This document shows, in pieces, positions 1 through 8,432 of a stretch of 64,000 nucleotides of DNA. Both the position numbers and the translations under genes were made by a program. Source of the stretch: Acidimicrobiia bacterium. GTDB taxonomy: Bacteria > Actinomycetota > Acidimicrobiia > Acidimicrobiales > CATQHL01. The notes below the pieces were generated by a model that was not told the DNA's origin, did no database searches, and saw nothing but the letters and a program-made list of their open reading frames with translations. Positions within the stretch are counted from its first letter, which is position 1, and the number at the start of each line of letters is the position of its first letter. Where the stretch lies: positions 5,038-69,037 of the forward strand of contig VXNF01000102.1 in assembly GCA_009840735.1 (NCBI GenBank), written 5' to 3'.

Positions 1-210
1 GGGCAGGTGGACGTGGTGAGACTGGATGCCCAGTTCGGCGCAGTCGCGGCGCTTCATGGCCACGTAGTTGGCCGAGGGGCCGTCGTCGCCCACCAGCACG
101 GTGCCGAGCCCCGGCGTCACGCCGCGGCGCGCCAACTCCTCGACGCGCCCGCGCAGCTGCTCGCGGATCTCCGCGGCGAGACGCTCACCGTCGAGGACAG
201 TGGCGCTCAT
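1..210 (-). CDS. folD: Bifunctional methylenetetrahydrofolate dehydrogenase/cyclohydrolase, 5' part (continues beyond the window start)
   Basis: Manual translation of the minus strand from ATG at 210 gives MSATVLDGERLAAEIREQLRGRVEELARRGVTPGLGTVLVGDDGPSANYVAMKRRDCAELGI, a typical FolD N-terminus. Not in the ORF track because it is truncated. Confidence 0.93.
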   Translation of the reverse strand, partial: MSATVLDGERLAAEIREQLRGRVEELARRGVTPGLGTVLVGDDGPSANYVAMKRRDCAELGIQSHHVHLP

Positions 211-241
211 CGGAGCCTCATGGGCCGGACGCCGCGGCGGC

Positions 242-919
242 TCAGCGGGCGGCGGCTTCTGCGCCGGTCCGCGAACCCTGCATCTCCGGCAGCGACAGGC
301 CGGTCCCGCCGATGCCGCAGTAGCCCCAAGGGTTTTTGGCGAGGTACTGCTGGTGGTAGTCCTCGGCGTAGTACAGCGTGGGCGCAGGCGCGATCTCCGT
401 GGTGATCGGTCCGAAACCGGCGGCCGCCAGCACCGGGGCGTACCGATCCCGCGACAGCTCCGCGGCGCGCCGCCGGTCGTCGTCGGCGGCATAGACGGCC
501 GAGCGGTACTGGGTTCCCATGTCGTTCCCCTGGCGCATGCCCTGGGTGGGGTCGTGGTTCTCCCAGAAGATCCGCAACATGGCGTCGAGGTCGGTCACCT
601 CGGGGTCGAACACCACCAGCACCACCTCGGCGTGGCCGGTCCGCCCCGAGCACACCTCCTCGTAGCTGGGGTTCGGCGTCCCGCCCCCGGCGTAACCGAC
701 TGCGGTGGTGTAGACGCCCTCGGCCTGCCAGAACAGCCGCTCGGCCCCCCAGAAGCAGCCCATCCCCACGATCAGGCTCTGCATCTGCGGCGGGAAGGGC
801 GGCTGGGTGGGCGTGCCGAGCACCGCGTGGGCAGCGGCCACCGGCATGGCCCTGGCGCGGCCGGGCAGCATCTCCTCGGTGGTGGGCATGCGTCTCTTGT
901 CCCTGCCGAAAGGCGCCAT
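242..919 (-). CDS. msrA: Peptide-methionine (S)-S-oxide reductase
   Basis: GCFWG active site, [38 protein letters not shown]. Start placed at MAPFG (919). Confidence 0.96.
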   Translation of the reverse strand: MAPFGRDKRRMPTTEEMLPGRARAMPVAAAHAVLGTPTQPPFPPQMQSLIVGMGCFWGAERLFWQAEGVYTTAVGYAGGGTPNPSYEEVCSGRTGHAEVVLVVFDPEVTDLDAMLRIFWENHDPTQGMRQGNDMGTQYRSAVYAADDDRRRAAELSRDRYAPVLAAAGFGPITTEIAPAPTLYYAEDYHQQYLAKNPWGYCGIGGTGLSLPEMQGSRTGAEAAAR

Positions 920-1029
920 GGGGATCCCTCGCTGTCTCGATTCCTCAGCAGCCGGCTCGTTGGGCCGACCTGTGTCGACGCAGTCTCGCGCGCCGCGGGC
1001 GTCGGCCGGTCGCGGCCGAGAATGCCCCG

Positions 1030-1150
1030 CGCACACCTGCTCAAAGCAACGACTTGCGAACCCAGCGCCATACCGCTATGGTGGGGATCCACCATCACCG
1101 CCCTGAGCAGCGGACCGGCCCTTCTTCGCCGGTCCGCTGCTCTTCTTTTC
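1030..1150 (+). ncRNA. Candidate small RNA (or small-peptide transcript), opposite in orientation to both neighbours
   Basis: Intergenic. A -10-like GAGAAT at 1018-1023, internal alternative hairpins, and a perfect 15-bp terminator stem with its U-tract on the plus strand although both flanking genes are on the minus strand. Confidence 0.4.
1105..1150 (+). terminator. Intrinsic terminator
   Basis: GAGCAGCGGACCGGC-ccttcttc-GCCGGTCCGCTGCTC followed by TTCTTTTC. Confidence 0.8.
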
Positions 1151-1188
1151 GGGCTCGAAGCCCGGGGGCGCCCGGCCGTCGCCCGGCG

Positions 1189-1884
1189 TCAGAATCGATC
1201 CTCGGGCACCCAGGCGGACTCGCGGATCCAGCGGTAGACGCCGGCGAAGTCCTCGTTCACCTTCTCGGGAACGCTTCCGGGCGACCCGAGCAGCCGGGCG
1301 CCCCAGACGATGTGGGCGGTGCGCTCGACGACGAGCGCGGCCCGCAAGGCCTCCGCGGGGTCGCGTCCCACCGTCACGAGGCCGTGGTTGGCCATCAGCA
1401 CGGCGCTGCGGCGCCCGAGCGCGCCAGCGACGGCCGCGCCGAGCTCGTCACTGCCGGTGAGGTGGTAGTCACAGACTTCCACGTCGCCGCCGATGTAGAT
1501 CACGACCTCCTCGATGGCGGCTGGGATGGGCTGGCGCGCCACGGCGAACATCGAGGCGTAAAGCGGATGGCAGTGGACCACGCCGCCCACTTCGGGCCAT
1601 TGTCGGTAGCAGGCCAGGTGCAGCGCCTTCTCGCTGGAGGGATGGCCGTCGCCTGCGACCAGCGAGCCGTCGAGGTCCACGAACACCAGGTCGCCGACAC
1701 GCATCGCCTCGTAGCCCAGCGACGACGGCGTGAGGCAGAGCGTGCCGTCGCCGACTCGCCCAGAGACGTTCCCGGCGGTGCCCTCGACGAGCCCTTTGGC
1801 GTACATCGCCTGCGCGGCCGCCAGAACCGCCTGGGCGGTCCGAAGGCGTGGCTGGGCCAGGTCGTCGGCACCGTCGGCGTTCAC
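1189..1884 (-). CDS. Class II aldolase/adducin family protein (fuculose-1-phosphate aldolase-like)
   Basis: GTAGNVS, TPS, PSSE..LH, VVHCH, LMANHG zinc-binding motifs. Confidence 0.9.
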   Translation of the reverse strand: MNADGADDLAQPRLRTAQAVLAAAQAMYAKGLVEGTAGNVSGRVGDGTLCLTPSSLGYEAMRVGDLVFVDLDGSLVAGDGHPSSEKALHLACYRQWPEVGGVVHCHPLYASMFAVARQPIPAAIEEVVIYIGGDVEVCDYHLTGSDELGAAVAGALGRRSAVLMANHGLVTVGRDPAEALRAALVVERTAHIVWGARLLGSPGSVPEKVNEDFAGVYRWIRESAWVPEDRF

Positions 1885-2873
1885 GCCAGGACCTCCGGGT
1901 TGGCGATGTGGGCGGGCCGCTCGCCGCTGAGCAGGCGCCGCAGATCGTCGGCCACCATCGAGGCCTGCACCTGCTCGGTGTGGTAGCTAGCCCCGCCGAT
2001 GTGCGGCGTCAGCACCACGTCGTCGCGCCCGCAGAGCGGGTGGCCCTCGGGCAGCTGCTCGCCGTCGAAGTGGTCGAGTGCGCAGCCGCCGAGGTGGCCG
2101 GACTCCAGCGCGGCCACGAGCGCATCAAGGTCGTGGAGCGCGGCGCGGGCACAGTTGAGGTAGACGGCGCCGGGCCGCATGGCGGCGAACTGCGATGCGC
2201 CCATCATGTGCGCGGTCTCGGCGGTCGGCGGGGCGTGCATCGAAACGATGTCCGCGGCGGCCAGCAGCTCCGCGAGGCTGTGCTGCGCCTCGCCCACGTA
2301 GGGGTCATGGGCGATGACCTGCAGGCCCAGCCCTGCCATCCGCCGGCGCACCGCCCGACCGACCGCCCCCAGCCCGACGATCCCGAACGTCTGCCCCGCC
2401 AACAAGTCGCTGCGGTAGCGCTGATACGGCAAGGTCTCGGTGAAGACCTGCCCGGTGCGCACATCGCGGTCAGCGGGCACGATCCGGCGGTTCAGGGCGA
2501 ACAGCAGCCCGACGGTGAGCTCGGCCACGGCATCGGCGTTGCGCCCAGGGGTGTACAGCACCGGAATGCCAGCGGCGGTGGCGCCGGGCACATCCACGTT
2601 CGACGGCTCGCCGCGGGTGGCCACGATGGCCCGCAGCGGCAACTCCATCACCTCCCCGGAGCAGAAGTCGGCCTCGCAGATCAGCAGTTCGGCGTGGGTC
2701 TCGGCCAGCCGCTGCGCCAGACGGGGCGGGTCGTAGAGGCGGATGGGGGTGTACTCCAGCCACGGCTCGTAGACGACGTCGACCATTTCGCCAAGCGCCG
2801 CGAAGCCCGGTCCGCGCAGCGGCGCCGTCACGAGCGCCCGAAGCCGGGTGCCCCCAGCCGCCTCAGAGGTCAT
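1881..2873 (-). CDS. D-isomer-specific 2-hydroxyacid dehydrogenase (SerA-like)
   Basis: TPGRNADAVAE, GIVGLGAVG, NCARA, LDHF, TPHIGG motifs. Confidence 0.9.
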   Translation of the reverse strand: MTSEAAGGTRLRALVTAPLRGPGFAALGEMVDVVYEPWLEYTPIRLYDPPRLAQRLAETHAELLICEADFCSGEVMELPLRAIVATRGEPSNVDVPGATAAGIPVLYTPGRNADAVAELTVGLLFALNRRIVPADRDVRTGQVFTETLPYQRYRSDLLAGQTFGIVGLGAVGRAVRRRMAGLGLQVIAHDPYVGEAQHSLAELLAAADIVSMHAPPTAETAHMMGASQFAAMRPGAVYLNCARAALHDLDALVAALESGHLGGCALDHFDGEQLPEGHPLCGRDDVVLTPHIGGASYHTEQVQASMVADDLRRLLSGERPAHIANPEVLA

Positions 2874-3549
2874 CGGCCGCGGACCCGCCCCGATGGCGGT
2901 AGAGGCGGCGGGCGAGGCGGTCCGCGCCGGGGTCGATGCCGGGGAGCTGCATGGGGAAGCTGCCCGTGCGCTCCACCACGAGGTCGCGCACCAGCTCCTC
3001 GACCTCGCCCCAGTCGGTGGCCCGCGGGTCCCCCAGATGGCGGTTGTAGGGCTGATCGAACACGATGACGGTCTGGCCCGCGGCGCGCAGGTCCTCGATC
3101 TGATGGGGGGCGTCGTCCACGAAGGCGTCGGCGTTCACCGACGACTTGGCGGCGATGAAGCAGAGGTCGCGGTAAGGGATCTTGGCTGTGTCGAGCCACT
3201 CGGCGGTGTCGCCGGCGGTCACGGCATGCCCCCAGTTCACGTAGAGCCGGTGCGTCACGATGCGGATCCACACTCCGGCGTCGGACAGCCGCCACAGCGC
3301 CTCGGCGGCGCCCGGGATCAGGTCCATGTGCCGCAGCATGTGGCGCTCCAGGACGGCGTGGCGGTGCAGGTCGTCGAACTCCTCGGGGGTCTGGATCCCC
3401 CACTCCTCGCATCCCCAGGAGACATCCCGCGTGAGCGACTCGGCGGGGACGCCCCACCTCTCCGCCGCGATGCGCCGGAACGAGCCGATGTAGTCGCCGC
3501 AGGTGCCGTCGAGGTCCACGCCCAGCACGAACCGCCCGCCGCTGCTCAT
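2863..3549 (-). CDS. HAD-superfamily 5'(3')-deoxyribonucleotidase (NT5C-like)
   Basis: GVDLDG motif I, FVDDAP, FDQPYNR. Confidence 0.8.
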   Translation of the reverse strand: MSSGGRFVLGVDLDGTCGDYIGSFRRIAAERWGVPAESLTRDVSWGCEEWGIQTPEEFDDLHRHAVLERHMLRHMDLIPGAAEALWRLSDAGVWIRIVTHRLYVNWGHAVTAGDTAEWLDTAKIPYRDLCFIAAKSSVNADAFVDDAPHQIEDLRAAGQTVIVFDQPYNRHLGDPRATDWGEVEELVRDLVVERTGSFPMQLPGIDPGADRLARRLYRHRGGSAADDL

Positions 3550-3607
3550 CGCCCGGGTGCCTCGGTGCGGGCCGCGCCCAGCGGCGACGTCGTGCGCACG
3601 GGACCGC

Positions 3608-4564
3608 TCAGCGGCCCTTCGGGTGCCACACCGTCTTGTACTCGCAGAAGGCCGAGATGGCGTGCGGGCTCTGCGCGGACGGCGCCAGCCAGCGGCGCTC
3701 GCCGGCGGCGGCGCGCACCACTCGGGTCACAGTCGCCGCCGCCAGCCGCTCGGCCTCGGTCACCAGGTCTACGCCGGGCGGGTCGGCGCCTGCTGGGTCT
3801 ACGCCCGGCGGGTCGGCGTCCGGCGGGTCGGCGTCCGGCGGGTCGCAGCCGGTCAGGTCGACGCAGTCCACGTCGCCGACTCCGGCCAGCGCCCGCACCA
3901 GCGGCGCCCGCCGCCCGGTCAGGATGTTCACGACGCCTGCGGGCACGTCGCTGGTGGCCAGGATCTCCCCCAGCGTGACCGCCGCCAGCGGGCAACGCTC
4001 ACCGGCCAGGACCACCGCCGCGTTGCCCGGCACCAGGGCCGGCGCCAGGCGCGACACGATCCCCAGCAGCGGCGCCTCGTCGGGTGCCGCCAGACCCACC
4101 ACCCCCATGGGCTCGGGCACTGTGAAGTTGAAGTAGGGCCCCGCCACGGGATTCGCCCCGCCGAGCACCTGCGGGTACTTGTCGCACCAGCCCGCGTACC
4201 AGATCCAGCGGTCGGTGGCCGCGTCCACCTCGGCGGCAGGGTCGGCAGCGCTCTGCCCGCCGGCGGCGGCGCGGGCCAGTTCGCCTACCAGCTCGGCCCG
4301 ACGGCTGTCCATGACCTCCGCCACCCGGTAGAGGATCTGCCCCCGGTTGTAGGCGGTGCGGGCCGCCCAGGCCGCCTGCGCGCCCCGCGCCGCCCGGACG
4401 GCGTCGCGCACGTCCTTGCGCGATCCCGCCACGGCGTGGGCCAGCAGGTCGCCGCCCGCCGAGCGCGCCGGGTAGGTGCGGCCCGACTCTGAGCGCACGA
4501 ACGCCCCGCCGACGTACATCTTGTAGGTCTTGGGGACCCCGAGGCGGCCGTCGCCGCCGCTCAT
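3608..4564 (-). CDS. Short aldehyde dehydrogenase-family protein (NAD-binding domain only), partner of the upstream ALDH
   Basis: PKTYKMYVGGAFVRSESGR, WYAGWCDK, EPMGVVG, C-terminal EYKTVWHP. No ELGGK or catalytic Cys region. ATG overlaps the upstream stop. Confidence 0.85.
   Translation of the reverse strand: MSGGDGRLGVPKTYKMYVGGAFVRSESGRTYPARSAGGDLLAHAVAGSRKDVRDAVRAARGAQAAWAARTAYNRGQILYRVAEVMDSRRAELVGELARAAAGGQSAADPAAEVDAATDRWIWYAGWCDKYPQVLGGANPVAGPYFNFTVPEPMGVVGLAAPDEAPLLGIVSRLAPALVPGNAAVVLAGERCPLAAVTLGEILATSDVPAGVVNILTGRRAPLVRALAGVGDVDCVDLTGCDPPDADPPDADPPGVDPAGADPPGVDLVTEAERLAAATVTRVVRAAAGERRWLAPSAQSPHAISAFCEYKTVWHPKGR
3766..3845. repeat. 15-bp in-frame tandem repeat (about 5.3 copies) encoding DPPDA/DPPGV units
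   Basis: ggtctacgccgggcg/ggtcggcgcctgctg/ggtctacgcccggcg/ggtcggcgtccggcg/ggtcggcgtccggcg/ggtcg. Confidence 0.9.
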
Positions 4565-6117
4565 CGGTCGCCTCCCGCCGCTTGCCGGCCATGCAGATCC
4601 AGGTACCCCAGCAAACCCTGGCGACCACCCTCGCGCCCGAAACCGCTCTCGCGGTAGCCGCCGAAGGGGCTGGCAGGGTCGAAGCGATTGAATGTGTTGG
4701 CCCAGACCACACCGGCCTGCATCCGCTCCGCCATCCACAGAATGCGCGAGCCCTTCTCGGTCCAGATGCCCGCCGACAGGCCGTAGGGGGTGTTGTTGGC
4801 CTTCTCGACGGCCTCGTCGGCCGTGCGGAAGGTCAGCACCGACAGCACCGGGCCGAAGATCTCCTCCCGGGCGATCCGGTGCGAGGGGGACACGTCGCAG
4901 AACAGCGTCGGCGGGAAGAACCAGCCTCGCTCCGGCAGGGCGCACGACGGCTGGTACAGCTCGGCGCCCTGCTGCACGCCCGACTCCACGAGTTCGCTGA
5001 TCTTGCGCAGCTGGGCCGCCGAGTTGATGGCCCCAATGTCGGTGTTCTTGTCCAGCGGGTCGCCGACGAGCAGCGTGTCCATGCGGCGGCGCAGCTTGGA
5101 GACAACCACCTCCGCCACGCTCTCCTGCACGAGCAGGCGCGAGCCGGCGCAGCAGACCTGCCCACCGTTGAAGTAGATGCCGCCGACGATGCCCTCGGTC
5201 ACCTGATCCAGCGCCGCGTCCTCGAAGACGATGTTGGCCGCCTTGCCGCCGAGCTCGAGGGTGAGCCGCCGGCCCCTGCCGGCGAGCGTGCGCTGGATCT
5301 CCTTGCCGACCGCCGTTGAACCGGTGAACGCCACCTTGTCCACCCCGGGATGGGCCACGGTGGCGGCCCCGGTGGCGCCGTCGCCGGTGACAATGTTGAC
5401 CACCCCCGGCGGCAGGTCGGAGTCTTGCAGCACCTCGGTCAAAAGGAGCGCCGTGAGCGGCGTCGTCTCGGCCGGTTTCAGCACGACGGTGTTGCCCGCA
5501 GCCAGCGCGGGGGCCAGTTTCCAGGCGGCCATCAGCAGGGGAAAGTTCCAGGGGATCACCTGCCCCACCACGCCGAGGGGCCCAGGCGAAGCCCCGGTGA
5601 AGGCGTAGTCCAGCTTGTCAGCCCAGCCGGCGTGGTGGAAGAAGTGCGCCGCCGCCAGCGGAAGGTCCACGTCGCGGGACTCCTTGACGGGCTTGCCGCC
5701 GTCGAGGCTCTCCAGCACGGCGAACTCCCGCGACCGCTCCTGCAGCAGCCGGGCGATGCGGTACAGGTAGCGCGCCCGCACGCTGCCCGGCGCGTCTCGC
5801 CAGTGCGACTCGTAGGCGGCGCGGGCCGCCAGCACCGCCCGGTCCACGTCCTCGGCGCCTCCCAGGGAGAACGTCGCCAGCGTCTCGCCGGTGGCGGGGT
5901 TGACGGTGGGCGCCAGCTGCTCGCTGCGGGCCGGAACCATCTCGCCGCCGATGAAGAGGCCGTAGACGTCCTCCAAGCGCACCAGGTCGGTGCCTTCCGG
6001 CGCCGGGGCGTAACAGTCGGGACCAAAGCCAGCCGAACCGGTGACCCTCTCGGGGACCTCAGCAGCCGCTGCGGCATCGGGCCGCGTGGCGGGCAGACGG
6101 TCGCTGGGGCCGCTCAC
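4561..6117 (-). CDS. Aldehyde dehydrogenase (likely acetaldehyde-oxidising, next to deoC)
   Basis: IPWNFP, KPAE, FTGST, LELGGK, GQVCCAG, EEIFGPV, PFGG. Confidence 0.95.
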   Translation of the reverse strand: MSGPSDRLPATRPDAAAAAEVPERVTGSAGFGPDCYAPAPEGTDLVRLEDVYGLFIGGEMVPARSEQLAPTVNPATGETLATFSLGGAEDVDRAVLAARAAYESHWRDAPGSVRARYLYRIARLLQERSREFAVLESLDGGKPVKESRDVDLPLAAAHFFHHAGWADKLDYAFTGASPGPLGVVGQVIPWNFPLLMAAWKLAPALAAGNTVVLKPAETTPLTALLLTEVLQDSDLPPGVVNIVTGDGATGAATVAHPGVDKVAFTGSTAVGKEIQRTLAGRGRRLTLELGGKAANIVFEDAALDQVTEGIVGGIYFNGGQVCCAGSRLLVQESVAEVVVSKLRRRMDTLLVGDPLDKNTDIGAINSAAQLRKISELVESGVQQGAELYQPSCALPERGWFFPPTLFCDVSPSHRIAREEIFGPVLSVLTFRTADEAVEKANNTPYGLSAGIWTEKGSRILWMAERMQAGVVWANTFNRFDPASPFGGYRESGFGREGGRQGLLGYLDLHGRQAAGGDR

Positions 6118-6121
6118 CGCC

Positions 6122-7090
6122 TCACACCACCGTCTTGTCCGGCCGCGGGTAGCCGCCGTTGCCGAGACGGTCGAGTTGCAGCAGCACGTCGTTCAGCAGG
6201 CTGGAGGCGCCGATGCGGAACAGGTCGGGGTGCAGCCACGGCGCGCCGAGTGTCTCGGCCATGACCACCAAGTACTGCCAGGACTGCTTGGCTGTGCGGA
6301 TTCCCCCGGCCACCTTCAAGCCCACGGCGCGGCCCTCGGCGTCGGCGTAGTCCCTGATGGCCTCGGCCATGCACAGGGCCACGGGCAGCGTCGCCGACGT
6401 GCCGATCTTGCCGGTGGAGGTCTTGATGAAGTCCGCGCCCGCGGCCATAGCCAGCATCGAGGCCTTGCGCACCGCGTCATAGGATCCCAACTCGCCGGTC
6501 TCCAGGATGACCTTCAGGTGAGCGTGGCCCGCCGCCGCCTTCGAGGCCGCCACCTCATCGAAAGCCTGCCGGTAGCGCCCGGCCAGGAACGCCGAGCGGT
6601 TCAACACGATGTCGATCTCATCCGCGCCCGCTTGCACGGCGTCGGCGATCTCATCGAGGCGCACGCCGATCGGACCGAGGCCCGCGGGGAACGAGCCCGC
6701 CACGCTGGCGACCCGCACCGGCGTACCGGCTAGGGCGGCGGCGGCGACCGGCACCAACTCCGGGTACACGCACACCGCCGCCACCGCAGGCACGTCCGGA
6801 TCGGCCGGTTCGGGCCGCAGCGCCTTGGCGCAGAGCGACAGCACCTTGCCGGGGGTGTCGGCGCCTTCCAGGGTGGTGAGGTCCATGCAGCGCACCGCCA
6901 GCGTGAGCGCGGCGCCCTTGGCCGTCGTCTTGATGGACCGCTTGGCTAGGGCGCCGGCGCGTTCGGTCAGCCCCACCGCGTCGGTGGGCGTGATGGGCAG
7001 ACCGGAGAGGCGTTCGGGAAGCAGTCCGACGCCCTCGTCGTGCCCTGCCAGCTCCGCCGAGGGGACCGCCCGTGTGGCCACGGTGTTCAC
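6122..7090 (-). CDS. deoC: Deoxyribose-phosphate aldolase
   Basis: MDLTTL, AAVCVYP, GADEIDIV, LKVILETGEL, DFIKTSTGK, GLKVAGGIR, RIGASSLL. Start at GTG 7090 is estimated. Confidence 0.95.
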   Translation of the reverse strand: MNTVATRAVPSAELAGHDEGVGLLPERLSGLPITPTDAVGLTERAGALAKRSIKTTAKGAALTLAVRCMDLTTLEGADTPGKVLSLCAKALRPEPADPDVPAVAAVCVYPELVPVAAAALAGTPVRVASVAGSFPAGLGPIGVRLDEIADAVQAGADEIDIVLNRSAFLAGRYRQAFDEVAASKAAAGHAHLKVILETGELGSYDAVRKASMLAMAAGADFIKTSTGKIGTSATLPVALCMAEAIRDYADAEGRAVGLKVAGGIRTAKQSWQYLVVMAETLGAPWLHPDLFRIGASSLLNDVLLQLDRLGNGGYPRPDKTVV

Positions 7091-7244
7091 GGGCCAGACA
7101 CTAGAGCCCGCACCCCGGATTCGGACAGTCGACACCCGCCGACAGAGGTATCTCCACCCGCCTCGCGCCACCCGAACGCCGTGACCGCCGCCACCATGGC
7201 CCGGTTGCGGCGGGGCTTGCGAGCGGGGGGCAGCACCATCGGGC

Positions 7245-7880
7245 ATGCTGAAGGTCGTGAACGTCATCATCGTCGAGCATCCCCTCGTAGCCGAGAGGCT
7301 GACCCGCCTGCGCCGCACCGACACCAAGCGAGCCGGCTTCCGGCGCAACCTGTCTGAGTTGTCCACGTTCTTGGTCTATGAGGCGCTGCGGTCTCAGCCC
7401 ACCACGGCCGTCCAAATCGACACGCCGATGGCGCCGACGACCGGCGTGCAGATCACCGACCCGCCGCTGGTGGTGCCGGTGCTGCGGGCCGGGTTGGGGA
7501 TGCTCGACGCCACGCTGCAGATGCTCCCGAACGCCCGGGTCGGCTTCGTGGGCGCCAAACGCAACGAGGCGACCCTGCTGCCCGACGCCTACGTCAACAC
7601 CGTCCCCGAGGAACTAGCGGGCCACCCGGTGCTGGTCCTCGACCCGATGCTGGCCACCGGCGGGTCGCTGATCCACACCTGTCGACTGTTGACAGACTCC
7701 GGTGCCGGACCGATCACGGTCGTGTGCGTCCTCGCCGCACCCGAGGGCATCGAGGCGTTCCGGGCCAAAGGCTTCGACGCCAACGTATACACCGCCGCCG
7801 TCGACAGCCACCTCAACGAAACAGCATTCATCGTCCCAGGCCTAGGAGACGCCGGCGACCGCCAATTCGGCCTCGCGTAG
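7245..7880 (+). CDS. upp: Uracil phosphoribosyltransferase
   Basis: HPLV, VPVLRAGLGM, VLDPMLATGGS, IVPGLGDAGDR. Confidence 0.97.
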   Translation: MLKVVNVIIVEHPLVAERLTRLRRTDTKRAGFRRNLSELSTFLVYEALRSQPTTAVQIDTPMAPTTGVQITDPPLVVPVLRAGLGMLDATLQMLPNARVGFVGAKRNEATLLPDAYVNTVPEELAGHPVLVLDPMLATGGSLIHTCRLLTDSGAGPITVVCVLAAPEGIEAFRAKGFDANVYTAAVDSHLNETAFIVPGLGDAGDRQFGLA

Positions 7881-8013
7881 ACAGCGAGTCAGTCGTGCAA
7901 GCCCGTTAGCCACGCCAGTCTCGCCTTCAGTTGCGTCCGAAAGGGAGCTCCGCAACTGTTTGAGCCGGTAGGATTACTCGCCGCACGGGGCGGTAGAGAG
8001 AAGGGCACAGGAG

Positions 8014-8148
8014 ATGGTCGTCACTGCCGACGAATTAGCAAGCTTGGTTGCGGTGGCCGAGAAGGCAACCGAGAATCTCGACGATCAAGCATTGCGCCGG
8101 ATTGCGTTCGAACAGGGGCGAACTCCATCGGTGGTTGCGACTGGCTGA
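8014..8148 (+). pseudogene. Probable N-terminal gene fragment (44 aa), convergent on and overlapping the endonuclease remnant
   Basis: AGGAG immediately upstream of the ATG (unusually short spacing for an RBS). Helical-looking MVVTADELASLVAVAEKATENLDDQALRRIAFEQ, then runs into the antisense of the endonuclease fragment. Confidence 0.35.
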
Positions 8149-8432
8149 TCAACTGTCCATTCAACTGCTTCGCAGGCATTGCGGAACGCGACCTCGAAAC
8201 CGGTTAAGCCAAGAGGTTCAACGGTCGCGCCGTGGTGCACCGAGATCGTCGGACCGAAGTACTCGACCCACTCTGGATTGGCCGTAAGCCAGGTGCTAGT
8301 TATGTCGGCTCGCGGCGGCGAAGCCAGCGACTCGATCAGCCGGGCGACGAAACGGACACCCATCGGTGAGAGTGTCTCGATGCGGGCCTGCAGGTCAGCG
8401 AGACTTGTCGGATCGCTGGCACCCGGGGTCAC
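8085..8432 (-). pseudogene. Truncated SmaI-like type II restriction endonuclease (N-terminal about 100 aa)
   Basis: Translationally coupled to the methylase (4-bp overlap). The pattern FG-x5-HH-x6-L-x4-FE-x-AF matches the R.SmaI N-terminal half as I recall it. The ORF ends before any PD-(D/E)xK core. Confidence 0.6.

Noticed and set aside
8117..8130. Possible IS terminal-repeat remnant (GGGCGAACTCCATC) at the deletion junction
   Set aside because: Only 14 bp, with no partner inverted repeat or transposase seen.
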